From contig OZ024745.1 in assembly GCA_964016885.1 (NCBI GenBank), positions 11,594,001 through 11,658,000 on the forward strand: 64,000 bases of DNA. Reading direction: 5' to 3'. Positions 1 through 11,480 of the stretch are shown here, in pieces. This DNA comes from Eledone cirrhosa. Its lineage: Eukaryota. The translations under genes were made by a program, and so were the position numbers. The notes below the pieces were generated by a model that did no database searches, was not told the origin of the DNA, and saw nothing but the letters and a program-made list of their open reading frames with translations. The number at the start of each line of letters is the position of its first letter. The stretch's first letter is position 1.

Positions 1-933
1 AACTGCCATCTACCTGTCACACACCTCACAACTTTGATCTACCTGTCACCCACCTCACAACTTCCATCTACCTGTCACCCACCTCACAACTTCCATCTAC
101 CTGTCACCTACCTCACAACTTCCATCTACCTGTCGCACCCCTCACAACTTCCATCTACCTGTCACCTACCTCACAACTTCCATCTACCTGTCACCTACCT
201 CACAACTTTCATCTACCTGTCACACACCTCACAACTTCCATCTACCTGTCACCTACCTCACAACTTCCATCTACCTGTCACCCACCTCACAACTTTCATC
301 TACCTGTCACCTACCTCACAACTTCCATCTACCTGTCACCCACCTCACAACTTCCATCTACCTGTTACACACCTCACAACTTTCATCTACCTGCCACCCA
401 CCTCACAACATCCATCTACCTGTCACCTATCTCACAATATCCATCTACCTGTCACCCACCTCACAACTTCCATCTACCTGCCACCTACCTCACAACTTCC
501 ATCTACCTGTCACCTACCTCACAACTTCCATCTACCTGTCACCTACCTCACAACTTTCATCTACCTGTCACACACCTCACAACTTCCATCTACCTGTCAC
601 CTACCTCACAACTTTCATCTACCTGTCACCCACCTCACAACTTTCATCTACCTGTCACCTACCTCACAACTTCCATCTACCTGTCACCCACCTCACAACT
701 TCCATCTACCTGTTACACACCTCACAACTTTCATCTACCTGTCACCCACCTCACAACATCCATCTACCTGTCACCTATCTCACAATATCCATCTACCTGT
801 CACCCACCTCACAACTTCCATCTACCTGCCACCTACCTCACAACTTCCATCTACCTGTCATCTACCTCACAACTTCCATCTACCTGTCATCCACCTCACA
901 ACTTCCATCTACCTGTCACACACCTCACAACTT
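1..933. repeat. 29-bp minisatellite (ACAACTTCCATCTACCTGTCACCCACCTC), about 32 units, truncated by window start
   Basis: Direct periodicity. The 301-aa ORF cycles through three frames every 29 aa, which marks it as an artefact. Confidence 0.97.
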
Positions 934-989
934 TACTGACCACTGGTCACTGATTTATGTCCTTGGAGGTATTATTATCTCATTAGCAG

Positions 990-1165
990 TATTGGGAGAG
1001 GGTCTGACGCCATGCTTTGCAACAAAAAGTTTCGGCCCTTTGAGTTCTGAGTTCAAATTCGGCCTAGGCTAATTTTGCCTTTCATCATTACGGGGTCGAT
1101 AAAATAATGTACCAGTAATGCACTGGGATAATTGCTGGCCTTGTGTCTAAAGTAGAAACAATTAA
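990..1165 (+). mobile_element. tRNA-derived SINE with Nin/Deu-like central domain
   Basis: B-box-like GAGTTCAAAT followed by TTTGCCTTTCATCATTACGGGGTCGATAAAATAATGTACCAG. The motif recurs about 20 times in the window, including a partial copy at 1300-1420. Confidence 0.75.
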
Positions 1166-1554
1166 TATCTCACTGTTGTCATTGATGGCATTTGGCTGTT
1201 TTAACATCCATTTAAACAATTCTGCTGGAAAAGGAGTTTTCCACAGATGATGCCAACCGTCTTAACAAAAGACACACCAGATATTGATTTCAATAATCAT
1301 TCGTTAGCTTTCCACCCGTACGGGGTCGATAAAATAAAGTACCAGTAACGTACTGGGGTAGATTTAGTCAACTTTACCCTTCTCTTGAAATTTCTGGCCT
1401 TGTGCCAAAATTAGAATTAAATGTTCATTGGTTATTGTTTGAAGCGCGAAACAACAACATCAACAAAAACAACATGGAAAATATAAACAAGGAAGCTATT
1501 TACTCGAGAAAACTAAATATATTAAACAACATAAGTTGTAAAAGAAACATAAAA

Positions 1555-2138
1555 TAATATATAAAAAAGTATGTAATGATATATGTCCTAATAATATATA
1601 GAAAAGTATGTAATAATATATGTCCTAATAATATATAGAAAACTATGTAATAATATATGTCCTAATATATAGAAAAGTATGTAATAATATATGTCCTAAT
1701 AATATATGTCCTAATAATATATAGAAAAGTATGTAATAATATATGTCCTAATATATAGAAAAGTATGTAATAATATATGTCCTAATATATAGAAAAGTAT
1801 GTAATAATATATGTCCTAATAATATATAGAAAAGTATGTAATAATATATGTCCTAATATATAGAAAAGTATGTAATAATATATGTCCTAATATATAGAAA
1901 AGTATGTAATAATATATGTCCTAATATATAGAAAAGTATGTAATAATATATGTCCTAATATATAGAAAAGTATGTAATAATATATGTCCTAATAATATAT
2001 AGAAAAGTATGTAATAATATATGTCCTAATATATAGAAAAGTATGTAATAATATATGTCCTAATATATAGAAAAGTATGTAATAATATATGTCCTAATAA
2101 TATATAGAAAAGTATGTAATAATATATGTCCTAATAAT
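1555..2138. repeat. 34/37-bp AT-rich minisatellite (ATATATAGAAAAGTATGTAATAATATATGTCCTA)
   Basis: About 16 tandem units, with an optional extra ATA. Confidence 0.95.
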
Positions 2139-2458
2139 AACGAAATAAAATCTATTGGAGAGTTCTCTAGTTTCGGGTGTCGAGAACTGAGAAAACACAG
2201 AGAACTATTGTATTTCAATATCTTCCTACACTCAATAGTAGTAGTAGTAGTAGTGATGGTAGTAGTAGTAGTAGTTGTTGTTGTTGTTGTCGGTGGTGGT
2301 GTTGTTGGTTCAGTGTCATTGTCCTCTTAGTTGCTGTTGTTACCAATCTATGTGTGTGTATATGTATATATATGTATGTGTATATAAATATATATATATA
2401 TATGAGTGTGTGTGTATGTGTGTATGTATATATATACATACATATATATATATACATT

Positions 2459-2493
<35 letters not shown>

Positions 2494-2659
2494 TTGTATG
2501 TGTGTGTTTGTGTGTGTATATCTCTCTTTTTGCACTGATTAATGTTGAAGAAAAATCGATAATTGTCAGAAATGCTTTACCAAATGTTCTAAAATATTCT
2601 TGTTGTTATTGTTATTTCACTCTCAGATGTTTCATACTTTCTTATCTTGAAAACCTTAT

Positions 2660-3215
2660 ACTTCTTCTTTTTCTTTGTCTTCTTCTTCGCCCACTTATTC
2701 CTGAGAGGGTCGTGGGGGCAGAGTCATCAAGCACTCCTTCCACCGGAAGTAACCATCTCCAACTGACTGATCCAGCTGGATCCCAAGCGAGACCAGCCAA
2801 GCTCATAGATGTTATCCAACCATCTTGTTCGGAGTTTACCCCTGGGTCTCCTGCCAGTTGGTTTTCTCCATACAAATCTGTCCACTCCACTTTCCTGAGA
2901 CATTCTAACCCCATGTCCATAGTATCAGAGCTGTGATCTCTCAATTTGGAGAAGTAGAGACTCTACCTGGAGTGACTCTCTGATCTCAGAGCTACACACT
3001 CTATCGAGTAACGTTACTCAACAGGGAAGTAGAGACTCTACCTGGAGTGACTCTCTGATCTCCAAGCCACACACTCTATCGAGTAACGTTACTCCAAACA
3101 CCCTTCAGAGAAACCTCATTTCGGCCGCTTGTATTCGCAATCGAATTGTTTCGGTCATTACCCAAGATTCATGACTTAGGTAAGGGTTGGCACGAATACC
3201 GAATTGAAGACATTT
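2660..3215 (-). mobile_element. 3' fragment of an RTE-type LINE (decayed)
   Basis: Minus-strand translation: FVPTLT..HESWVMTETIRLRIQAAEMRFL..GVTLLDRV..EIRESLQVE..YYGHGVRM..GRRPRGKLRTRWLDNI, with a (GAA)-rich tail. Internal duplication of about 70 bp (2951-3019 / 3026-3094). Confidence 0.8.
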
Positions 3216-3234
3216 ATTTATATATTTATTTATG

Positions 3235-3520
3235 GTGGCGGGTTTCCATTGGTTACGACGATGAGGGTACTAATTGTTCGAAACAGCCTGTCTATGAAAT
3301 TAACGAGTAAAAATGGCTGAGCATTCCACAGACACGTGTACCCTCAAAGTAATTCTCAAGTAGATTCAGAGGGACATAGTGTGTAACAAGACCGGCCCTT
3401 TAAAATACAGGAACATCTCAGGTTCTCCAGGCCACTGGAGTAGCGTGAAGTAAATTGTCTTGTTGAAAGACACAACGTACGGCCGATGTGGGAACCGAAC
3501 TCTTGACCTAACTACTAAGA
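3235..3520 (-). mobile_element. tRNA-derived SINE (second family), decayed
   Basis: Reverse-complement tRNA-like head near 3490-3520, and a CTGGAG..CGTGAA..TGTCTTG segment shared with 58483-58818. Confidence 0.55.
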
Positions 3521-5182
3521 CTTTATATTAAAACATATAACATTACAGATGTTCTAATGTGTTCACTGTTGTCTAGTTGCTCTGATGAAATGTACTTCAG
3601 TATTTCGTTCAGGTCCTCTATGTTCTCGTTTCAAATCCCACCGAGGTCAGTTTTTCATCCTTTCAGTCTCGATAACATAAATTACCAGTCAAATAACTGG
3701 CTCGATTTAAAGGATTTACCCCTTCCATAAAATTGTTGGCCCTGTGTTAAAATTAGAAAGCATTAGCATTTGATTTTGTTTTTCTTTTACATTGGACAAT
3801 ATAATTAATGATCTTCATTTTCTTTCTCTATAATCATATTTTGTTGTTCTACCACGTGATGCTATCATCTGAAAGATTTGTCACGTGTCCGTGTGTTTAT
3901 GAAACCCTAGGTAGTAAATGACTTTTCACGTTTGGATGGGGAATATTGACGAACTGTGGTTCTTTAATCTCAGCCTGGAGAAAGTGAAACCTTTAGAATT
4001 ATGGAAGGTGGTTCAACAAAGGAAGGTGTTTAGCCGAAGTTTATGGATTTGAGAGATCCATAGGGTTAGTGGTTAGGGTTAGTGGTTATCGCCAATTTCT
4101 TAATATTAAATGAACAGAAAACATATTTCCCGCTTCATCAGATTGGGTTCTTATCTATAGCCTTTCACTTTCTCAAAGTTGCATTCAGGTTCATTATTGA
4201 GATCCAATGAAACACCGCCCAATGATATAGAGCCTTTACTGTTCACAATGAGATTGTTTTACTATGGTTCCTATATAATATACGAGAACACCAGGTGTAA
4301 TGTATAGATCTCGGTCCTTTTAGCCATTACTTTCACGCCATGTCGATCAGCTCAACTGTAAATCCATTAGACGATAATTTCTATCAAACTTTCCATTTAT
4401 AATCTCCCCTTATATTTTATTTTTGTCAAGCCACAACCAGTCAAGCTTTCCGTGTGTTTTAACCGTCACCATTTTGATTGTATTTTTATTCACACATCTC
4501 TCTTCTCTCACCCACCCTGAATACATATTAATAATTACTTTATCACACATATGAGATGTGCTAGTATTTCAATGTAACATTTTTATTTTCCTCTATTATG
4601 TTTTTTCCCAAAGCAACACACTATCAACGAATTCTAGAAGTATGTTTTGAGCAGGTAATTTGTGTTTTGAGACAGTAAAGGTAGTGTATTGACACTAATA
4701 ATGAATTAATAGCATGTGAAGGTTAAGTTGAAATGGAAGGATTTCTATAATATCTTCTTTAGGCTCCACTAAATATTTGTAAACAACCTGTTAATTCCTA
4801 TAGAATGATGTTGGTGTATCTAGCTATGAAAACCTTTCTATGGTAGAATTTATGTCAATAGATTGTGCATGATTTGCGTGAATAACAGGACTATATCATG
4901 ATGCAAAGATTCCTGTAATTAGCATGTCACTTGAAGCGTTTTTCAGATAACAATATAACTAACTATAGGTGAAATATTGATTCCTAACATAGTGAAAAAT
5001 GAAACTAATATGCAGGCTAGAATGATGATGGCTTCCATAAAGTATACGGTTGTTTGGAGTCCACAGAAAGGTATCTGCAGCCATCCATCACCATCTACTT
5101 TAAACTATAATTACCGGAGGACTGAACACTTCGCACTAACGAAATACTCGTTAACTGTAATCATAATAGGTATCCTAATATA

Positions 5183-5253
<71 letters not shown>

Positions 5254-5257
<4 letters not shown>

Positions 5258-5442
5258 AAGTATGACCCCGACGGCGGAGATCAAGCCGTTTCGACAGCTA
5301 TCTAGTCCAGAAATAGCCGTCGAAACGGCTTGAGCTCCGCCGTCGGGGTCATAATTTTTCCTATTTCCCACTCTACTACCCTAAGTATTGAGTACTTTGG
5401 TGCGTTATGGTCCATTTGGTTCCTTACCACAATTCCTTCGTT
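5254..5442 (+). mobile_element. Family A fold-back mini-element in (TA)n
   Basis: Inverted arm GAAAAAGTATGACCCCGACGGC..., turn near 5300, forward arm, then an ~85-bp tail ending CCTTCGTT. (TA)n on both sides. Confidence 0.85.
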
Positions 5443-5483
5443 ATATATATATATGCATGTATATATGTGAGTGTGTGTGTGAC

Positions 5484-5527
<44 letters not shown>

Positions 5528-5532
<5 letters not shown>

Positions 5533-6272
5533 AAAATCGGAATTAAGAGTATTCCGCAGTTCACTGTAATAATAATAATAATAGTATTATTAGCTCAAAG
5601 AAAATAGGGAATTTCCTTCCGAGCTCAAATGTAAGTATATATTACACAAAGAGAAATGTGTTAAACAGTGAGAAGTGTGTAAAGAATTATTACAAGTGAT
5701 TTCACCGTTACTGTATAGGGAACAATATCTACAGGTAAGCAATTAAATAGAAAAAAACCAGATCAGAATCAAATCTCTGGATTGGAATTTTAAATCACAA
5801 ACCTTATAACTATATTTTGCTGATACGAACCTAGTTTTTCGTTTCACCACTTATATGTGTCACCACCTATATGTGTAGAATAACAGTCCAAAATGGATCA
5901 TCAGTCAGCAAACTGCGAGACTGAATCCTGCACATCTAACCTTCGTAGCTAGAGAGATTGCAAATAGACATGCGGGCCAGAGTGGGCGAAATCACGTGTT
6001 ATTCGAATCAAATAACGGCTCTCTTTGTGTAATATATACTTACATTTGAGCTCGGAAGGAAATTCTATATTCTTGTTTGAGCTAATAATACTATTATTAT
6101 TATTATTACAGTGAACTGCGGAATACTCTTAATTCCGATTTTTGTATAATTAATGAGCTCCAAATTGTTGAGCTAATAATTCGCATGGTTGGGCTGCACT
6201 TTCTAGCATCTTCCCCAATCCATGAGAGCCGTTATTTGATTCGAATAACACGTGATTTCGCCCACTCTGGCC
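5528..6272. mobile_element. PLE-type terminal region with nested inverted repeats
   Basis: 5528-5653 is the reverse complement of 6018-6147, and 5974-6021 is the reverse complement of 6223-6272. Contains an HHR on the minus strand and abuts (TA)n. Confidence 0.7.
5816..5912 (-). ncRNA. Type I hammerhead ribozyme, canonical core
   Basis: Minus strand: TTTGCTGA-CTGATGA-T CCATTT...AAGTGG T-GAAA-CGAA loop TTCG-TA-TCAGCAAA. Perfect 8-bp stem I and 5-bp stem III. Confidence 0.85.
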
Positions 6273-6282
6273 CACCTGTCCC

Positions 6283-7074
6283 TTGTATATGTGCAACCCC
6301 GAAGAACTAGAGAGACACATACAACACTTCATCCACCGTATGCAGTTCTCTGGTTACAATCAGAGAGATAAAATCAGAGTGTATAGAGGACCCAGAACCA
6401 AATGGGAAAAAATGGTAAATAATGACACAAATGGGACCTGCCCCTTGTATAGGAGCAACTTTTGGAATAGAATAGAAAGAACTAGGAATAAGGCTAATAG
6501 AATAAACTCATGGTATGATAGCAGTAAATACCAGAGTGTAATGTTTATCGATACAACCCCTAGAGGTGAATTAGCTTACAAATTTAGAAGGGCCCTAGAT
6601 AAACATAAACTCAATATTAAGATAGTAGAAAGACCAGGTACCTCCATTAAAACACTTATTAGCAAGACATACCCTTTTCAAAGACCTCCCTGTATAGATA
6701 AGAAATGTATAATCTGTAAATTAAGTCCCCATATTAACTGTAAAACTAGAAATGTAGTATATAGCATAAGATGTACTGAAGGACAATGTAGAGGTAAAAA
6801 TATAGTGTACATAGGTGAGACAGCTCGTAGTATAGGGGAACGGATAAATGAACACTGGCGGGACCTTCAAGATAGTAAAGAATCATCTGTACTCTACCAA
6901 CATGCTAAAATAGAACATAAGGGTAAATTAGAGAACATAGAAATAAAAATAGTATCTACACACAGAAAAGACGTAATGTTTAGACAAATCACAGAGGCAA
7001 AAAACATAAATGAATTACAACCAAAATTAAATAGAAAACATGAGTGGAACAGCAACATCACAACTTACAATTAA
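6283..7074 (+). CDS. Penelope-like element ORF, 5'-truncated: RT thumb/linker, Cys-rich knuckle and GIY-YIG endonuclease
   Basis: MQFSGY, CxxxxCxxC...C, VVYSIRC...VYIGETARSIGERINEH...EAKNI...LNRKHEW. Open for 263 aa and followed by an HHR-bearing 3' region ending at (TA)n near 7471. Confidence 0.9.
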   Translation: MYMCNPEELERHIQHFIHRMQFSGYNQRDKIRVYRGPRTKWEKMVNNDTNGTCPLYRSNFWNRIERTRNKANRINSWYDSSKYQSVMFIDTTPRGELAYKFRRALDKHKLNIKIVERPGTSIKTLISKTYPFQRPPCIDKKCIICKLSPHINCKTRNVVYSIRCTEGQCRGKNIVYIGETARSIGERINEHWRDLQDSKESSVLYQHAKIEHKGKLENIEIKIVSTHRKDVMFRQITEAKNINELQPKLNRKHEWNSNITTYN

Positions 7075-7276
7075 GGAGAAAATGAAAACACACACGCTCA
7101 TAGAACAAACAACCAACCAGTAACATGTAAATAAACAAATAAATAAACGAATATAAACACACACAGACACCCTGATGTAACACATGCGCAAACTAAGCAC
7201 ACAACACACACACAAAAACAATATGGCCTAGAACAGAACAAAGGAGAAGCACAAAAAACAAAGAAAAGAATCTCCA

Positions 7277-7319
7277 GTCACTGAAGAGGACACATATTCT
7301 GTGACGAAAGAACTTTGAC
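7277..7319 (+). ncRNA. Minimal hammerhead ribozyme in the PLE 3' region
   Basis: GTCA-CTGAAGA-G GACACA tattc TGTGAC-GAAA-GAAC-TT-TGAC. Stem I is GTCA/TGAC and stem III is very short. Confidence 0.75.
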
Positions 7320-7812
7320 AATATATAAACAACCATCTGGTTGTGGAACCAACCAACCAACCGGATATTTATAAATTCCTAAATTTATAAATTTATTATA
7401 ATAAATTGAAGTGAAATCATATGGTGCGTGTGTTTCTTATTGGCAACATGACCCTCCCAAAGTATAACAATGTATATATATATATGTGCGTATATATATA
7501 TATTTTTTTTTTTCACCTCAGAGCCAAAGGCCCTCAGTTGTTGTCACGACATCTTTCTAGGAGAGGGAAAAATAACCTGTGGCTTCGGAAGCATCCGATG
7601 ATGTTGACCAGTTCTCCTTTTCGGGTAGTCTATTTGATGCTCAGTGAGTGGCCTTTCCCCACTTAAAAAACCTTCAAAGCACAGGCATTGCTTGTTCGGG
7701 GTATATTACTGGTTCGTGTTGCTGACCGTAGCCTAAAAGTGCACCAAACTCTATAATCTGACAAGCGGTTGCAGTACTCTTTGCAGAGTTTTCAGCCATC
7801 ACATATATATAT

Positions 7813-7879
<67 letters not shown>

Positions 7880-7959
7880 TATATTATATATATATATACA
7901 ATTGGTGTTGGATGCTTAAAGCGTCCGCATGCGGTAGGCCGTTTGAGCACTCGATATGT

Positions 7960-8187
7960 ATCAGTTTTGCAAGAGATGTCACCATCAATGGACGTGTTAT
8001 TTTTATCTCAAGACTTTTTTTCCAATTCCATCCCGCCCGTTCCCTTAATCTATTTTATTTCTCATTCTTTCTTCTGATGAAGGACTAGCGTCCGAAACGT
8101 TAAGACCCTCTTCCTGCTATATCAAGCGTTAACCTAATATATACCTACCATATACTGTACTGATTGTGTTGTTATTTCTGTTTACCT

Positions 8188-8191
<4 letters not shown>
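7960..8191 (+). mobile_element. PLE-type 3' terminal fragment (family F) with minimal HHR at 8070-8105
   Basis: TCTT-CTGATGA-A GGAC tagc GTCC-GAAACGT-T-AAGA. Closely similar copy at 60218-60462 and a diverged partial copy at 62617-62740. Confidence 0.85.
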
Positions 8192-8253
<62 letters not shown>

Positions 8254-8429
8254 CAAGGTAGAGGTGAATGTAACAGTGTATATATATTCAGGTGTGAATG
8301 TAACAGTGTATATATATTCAGGTGTGTATATAACAGTGTATATATACATTAATGGTTACGGTGACTCTACTACGATACAATTGTTTAACATTCCCAACAT
8401 ACGATGTCAGATCAAAGGACTTGTAAGAA

Positions 8430-10015
8430 CACATATACACATACATACATATACACACACATATACACAAATACATACATATACACACACATATACATAT
8501 ACACACACACATACATATACACACATACATACATGCACACATACATTCACACACACATAAACACATAAATACATACATACATACACATACACACATACAT
8601 ACATACATACATACATACATACATACACATATACATACACATACATACATAAATACACATACATACACATACATAAATACATATATACATACATACATAT
8701 ATGCATACACATACACATACATACATACATACATACATACACACAGACATACATACATACATACACACATAAACATACATATATATATACACACACACAC
8801 AAACACACATACATGCATACATACATACACACACATAAATACATACACACAAGCACACATACATGCATACACATACATACACATACACACACCACACACG
8901 ACACACACCACACAACACACACACACCACACACACATACACACACACCACACACACCACATACTCCATACACACACCACACACACCATACACACCACACA
9001 CACCGCACACACACCACACACACACCATACACACCACACATACCACACACGCCATACACACACACCACACCCACCACACACACCCACCACACACGCACAG
9101 ACACACACACACACCATACACACCACACACCACACACTACACACACACCACACACCACACAACACACACCACACCACACAACACACACCACACCACACAC
9201 ACACACCATACATCCCCCACACACATATCACCCCCCACACCTGACACCAGACCATACACACACCATACACCACACACACCACACACCACACACCACACAC
9301 ACACCACATACCACACACACACACACACAACATACACCACGCACCACACACACCACACACCACACACACACCACACACACACCACACACAACACACACCA
9401 CACGGCACACATCACCCACCCCCACCCCCACACCAGATACCACACCACACACCACACACCACACACACCACACACACACCACACACACACCACACACAAC
9501 ACACACCACACGGCACACATCACCCACCCCCACCCCCACACCAGATACCACACCACACACCACACACCACACACACCACACACACACCACACACCACACC
9601 ACACACCACACACACCACACACACACCACACACCACACACACCACACACCACACATACACCACACACCACACACAATACACACACACATCACCCCCACCC
9701 CACCCCCATACACCCACCACACATACATACACCACACACCACACCACAACCACACACCACACACACACCACACACGCCACACACACATACACCACACACC
9801 ACACACCACACACCACACCACACACCACACACCACACACACCACACACACACACACACCACACAAACACCACACCACACACCACACACACCACACACCAC
9901 ACATACACCACACACCACACACACCACACACCACACACACACCACCCCCACCTCATGCCCCCACCCCCATACACATCACACCACACACACACACCACACA
10001 CCACACACACACACG
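8430..10015. repeat. Compound CA-rich microsatellite ((CATA)n grading into (CACAC)n)
   Basis: Low-complexity tract that accounts for all the H/T- and C/V-rich ORFs here. Confidence 0.95.
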
Positions 10016-10413
10016 AAGATGAAGTTGTGAGGCATGGTCCAATGATTTAAATTGTTATGAGGATCAAAAGTATCAAATATATTTTATGAATAATGTATCG
10101 TAGAAGAGATTGTATGGAGGTACCTTTAGAGCGTGGCCTCACTGTACGCCCTCTAATATATATTCTCAGATTGCAACCATATTTTTTCAGGCTTAATGCA
10201 AAATATATAAATCAATAAAGCAATTATCTTGTGTTCCGATCACTATGTTGACCCAAGCTACATTGATTATAAAGCATGTGATAAGTCGGAGAGAATACTT
10301 TCAGCATTCACTGATTCTGTTTGTATGTTTCAGATGGTAGAGCGATGAGAGGCGTGCTATATGTAAAGTTATATATGCAACAACACAGAAGGAAAGAGGA
10401 AGAAAATAAAGAA

Positions 10414-10414
10414 T

Positions 10415-10489
<75 letters not shown>

Positions 10490-10534
10490 AGAAAGAGGAG
10501 GTAGAGAGAGATTGGGGGGAGAAAGAGAGAGATG

Positions 10535-10604
<70 letters not shown>

Positions 10605-10657
10605 AAGGGAAGAGAGAGAGAGAGGGAGTAGAGAGAATTTGAGGGGAGAGAGAGAGG
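10414..10657. repeat. Interrupted (GA)n microsatellite
   Basis: Seen directly in the sequence. Confidence 0.95.
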
Positions 10658-10807
10658 AAATACATATTTTAAGGACATCACTAATCAGAATCTCATCAAC
10701 CCATACAACAACTTTATTCTTTGAAGGTTTTTTTCTATACTTTACTTTACAATTGTTTGATATTAACTGTTTTGTGTGAAGGGCAATTATGAAAATAATA
10801 ATCTATG

Positions 10808-10980
10808 GTTGGTATCTGGTCACCAGTTGGTATCTGGTCACCAGTTGGTATCTGGTCACCAGTTGGTATCTGGTCACCAGTTGGTATCTGGTCACCAGTT
10901 GGTATCTGGTCACCAGTTGGTATCTGGTCACCAGTTGGTATCTGGTCACCAGTTGGTATCTGGTCACCAGTTGGTATCTG
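10808..10980. repeat. 18-bp perfect tandem repeat (TTGGTATCTGGTCACCAG), about 9.5 copies
   Basis: Identical units, each containing the quasi-palindrome CTGGT-C-ACCAG. Confidence 0.97.
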
Positions 10981-11039
10981 CTCTAATACCTTTGGTAAAG
11001 CACATAAAACGCTACACTTCAATTGGTATGTATGAACCT

Positions 11040-11326
11040 GCAACTCCTAATGGAAATACCGGTCGCTCTCCGACAGCTTTGCGGTTGTACCCTTGGCAGT
11101 GGAGACTTCTGGTCTCCTCCGCCCTAGGGCTACTTCCCTACTCACCACCATAGGCGCTGAGCTGGCCAGCCGCAGGTGTGAGCCTCGAGAGCTGGAATGG
11201 CCTTTCCAGCGCGTCTCCCTTGCCGTCCTCCGGGGAAACGCCTTCTCCATTCTGTCCGCCGGGGCTGTGGGGAGGCCACCAATATGATTGACTGACTTGT
11301 CCTTTTATCAGTCAGATGTTCCAGTG

Positions 11327-11331
<5 letters not shown>
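11040..11331 (+). mobile_element. 3' end of a CRE-clade non-LTR retrotransposon
   Basis: FAVVPLAVETSG...LLTTIG...EPRE..W.FQRVSLAVLRGNAFSIL matches the CRE C-terminal P.A.ET.G / QR.S.A..RGNA signature. GC-rich and ends at (TA)n. Confidence 0.75.
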
Positions 11332-11373
<42 letters not shown>

Positions 11374-11377
<4 letters not shown>

Positions 11378-11480
11378 AAGTATGACCCCGACGGCAGAGC
11401 TCAAGCCGTTTCGACGGCTATTTCTGGACTAAATTAGAATTTTTAGCCTGGTGAATACATAGCCGAACTTTTCAAGGTGA
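11374..11480 (-). mobile_element. Family A single arm containing a decayed HHR
   Basis: Closely matches 53281-53385 and is flanked by (TA)n. Confidence 0.85.

Noticed and set aside
34-939. 301-aa ORF
   Set aside because: Read-through of a 29-bp minisatellite that happens to lack stop codons on this strand.
5254-5442. Family A as a Tc1/mariner MITE
   Set aside because: The inverted arms are not both terminal (one has a long unique tail), the turn point varies between copies, and the longest copy contains a hammerhead.
7513-7800. Possible LINE 3' fragment between TA tracts
   Set aside because: No motif I can assign with confidence.
8318-10050. Long His/Thr- and Cys/Val-rich ORFs, and all poly-IY, poly-SL and poly-CV ORFs elsewhere
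   Set aside because: These are translations of dinucleotide and compound microsatellites.
10747-11043. (QIPTGD)n repeat protein
   Set aside because: It is a perfect 18-bp DNA repeat with no synonymous variation, open in several frames.
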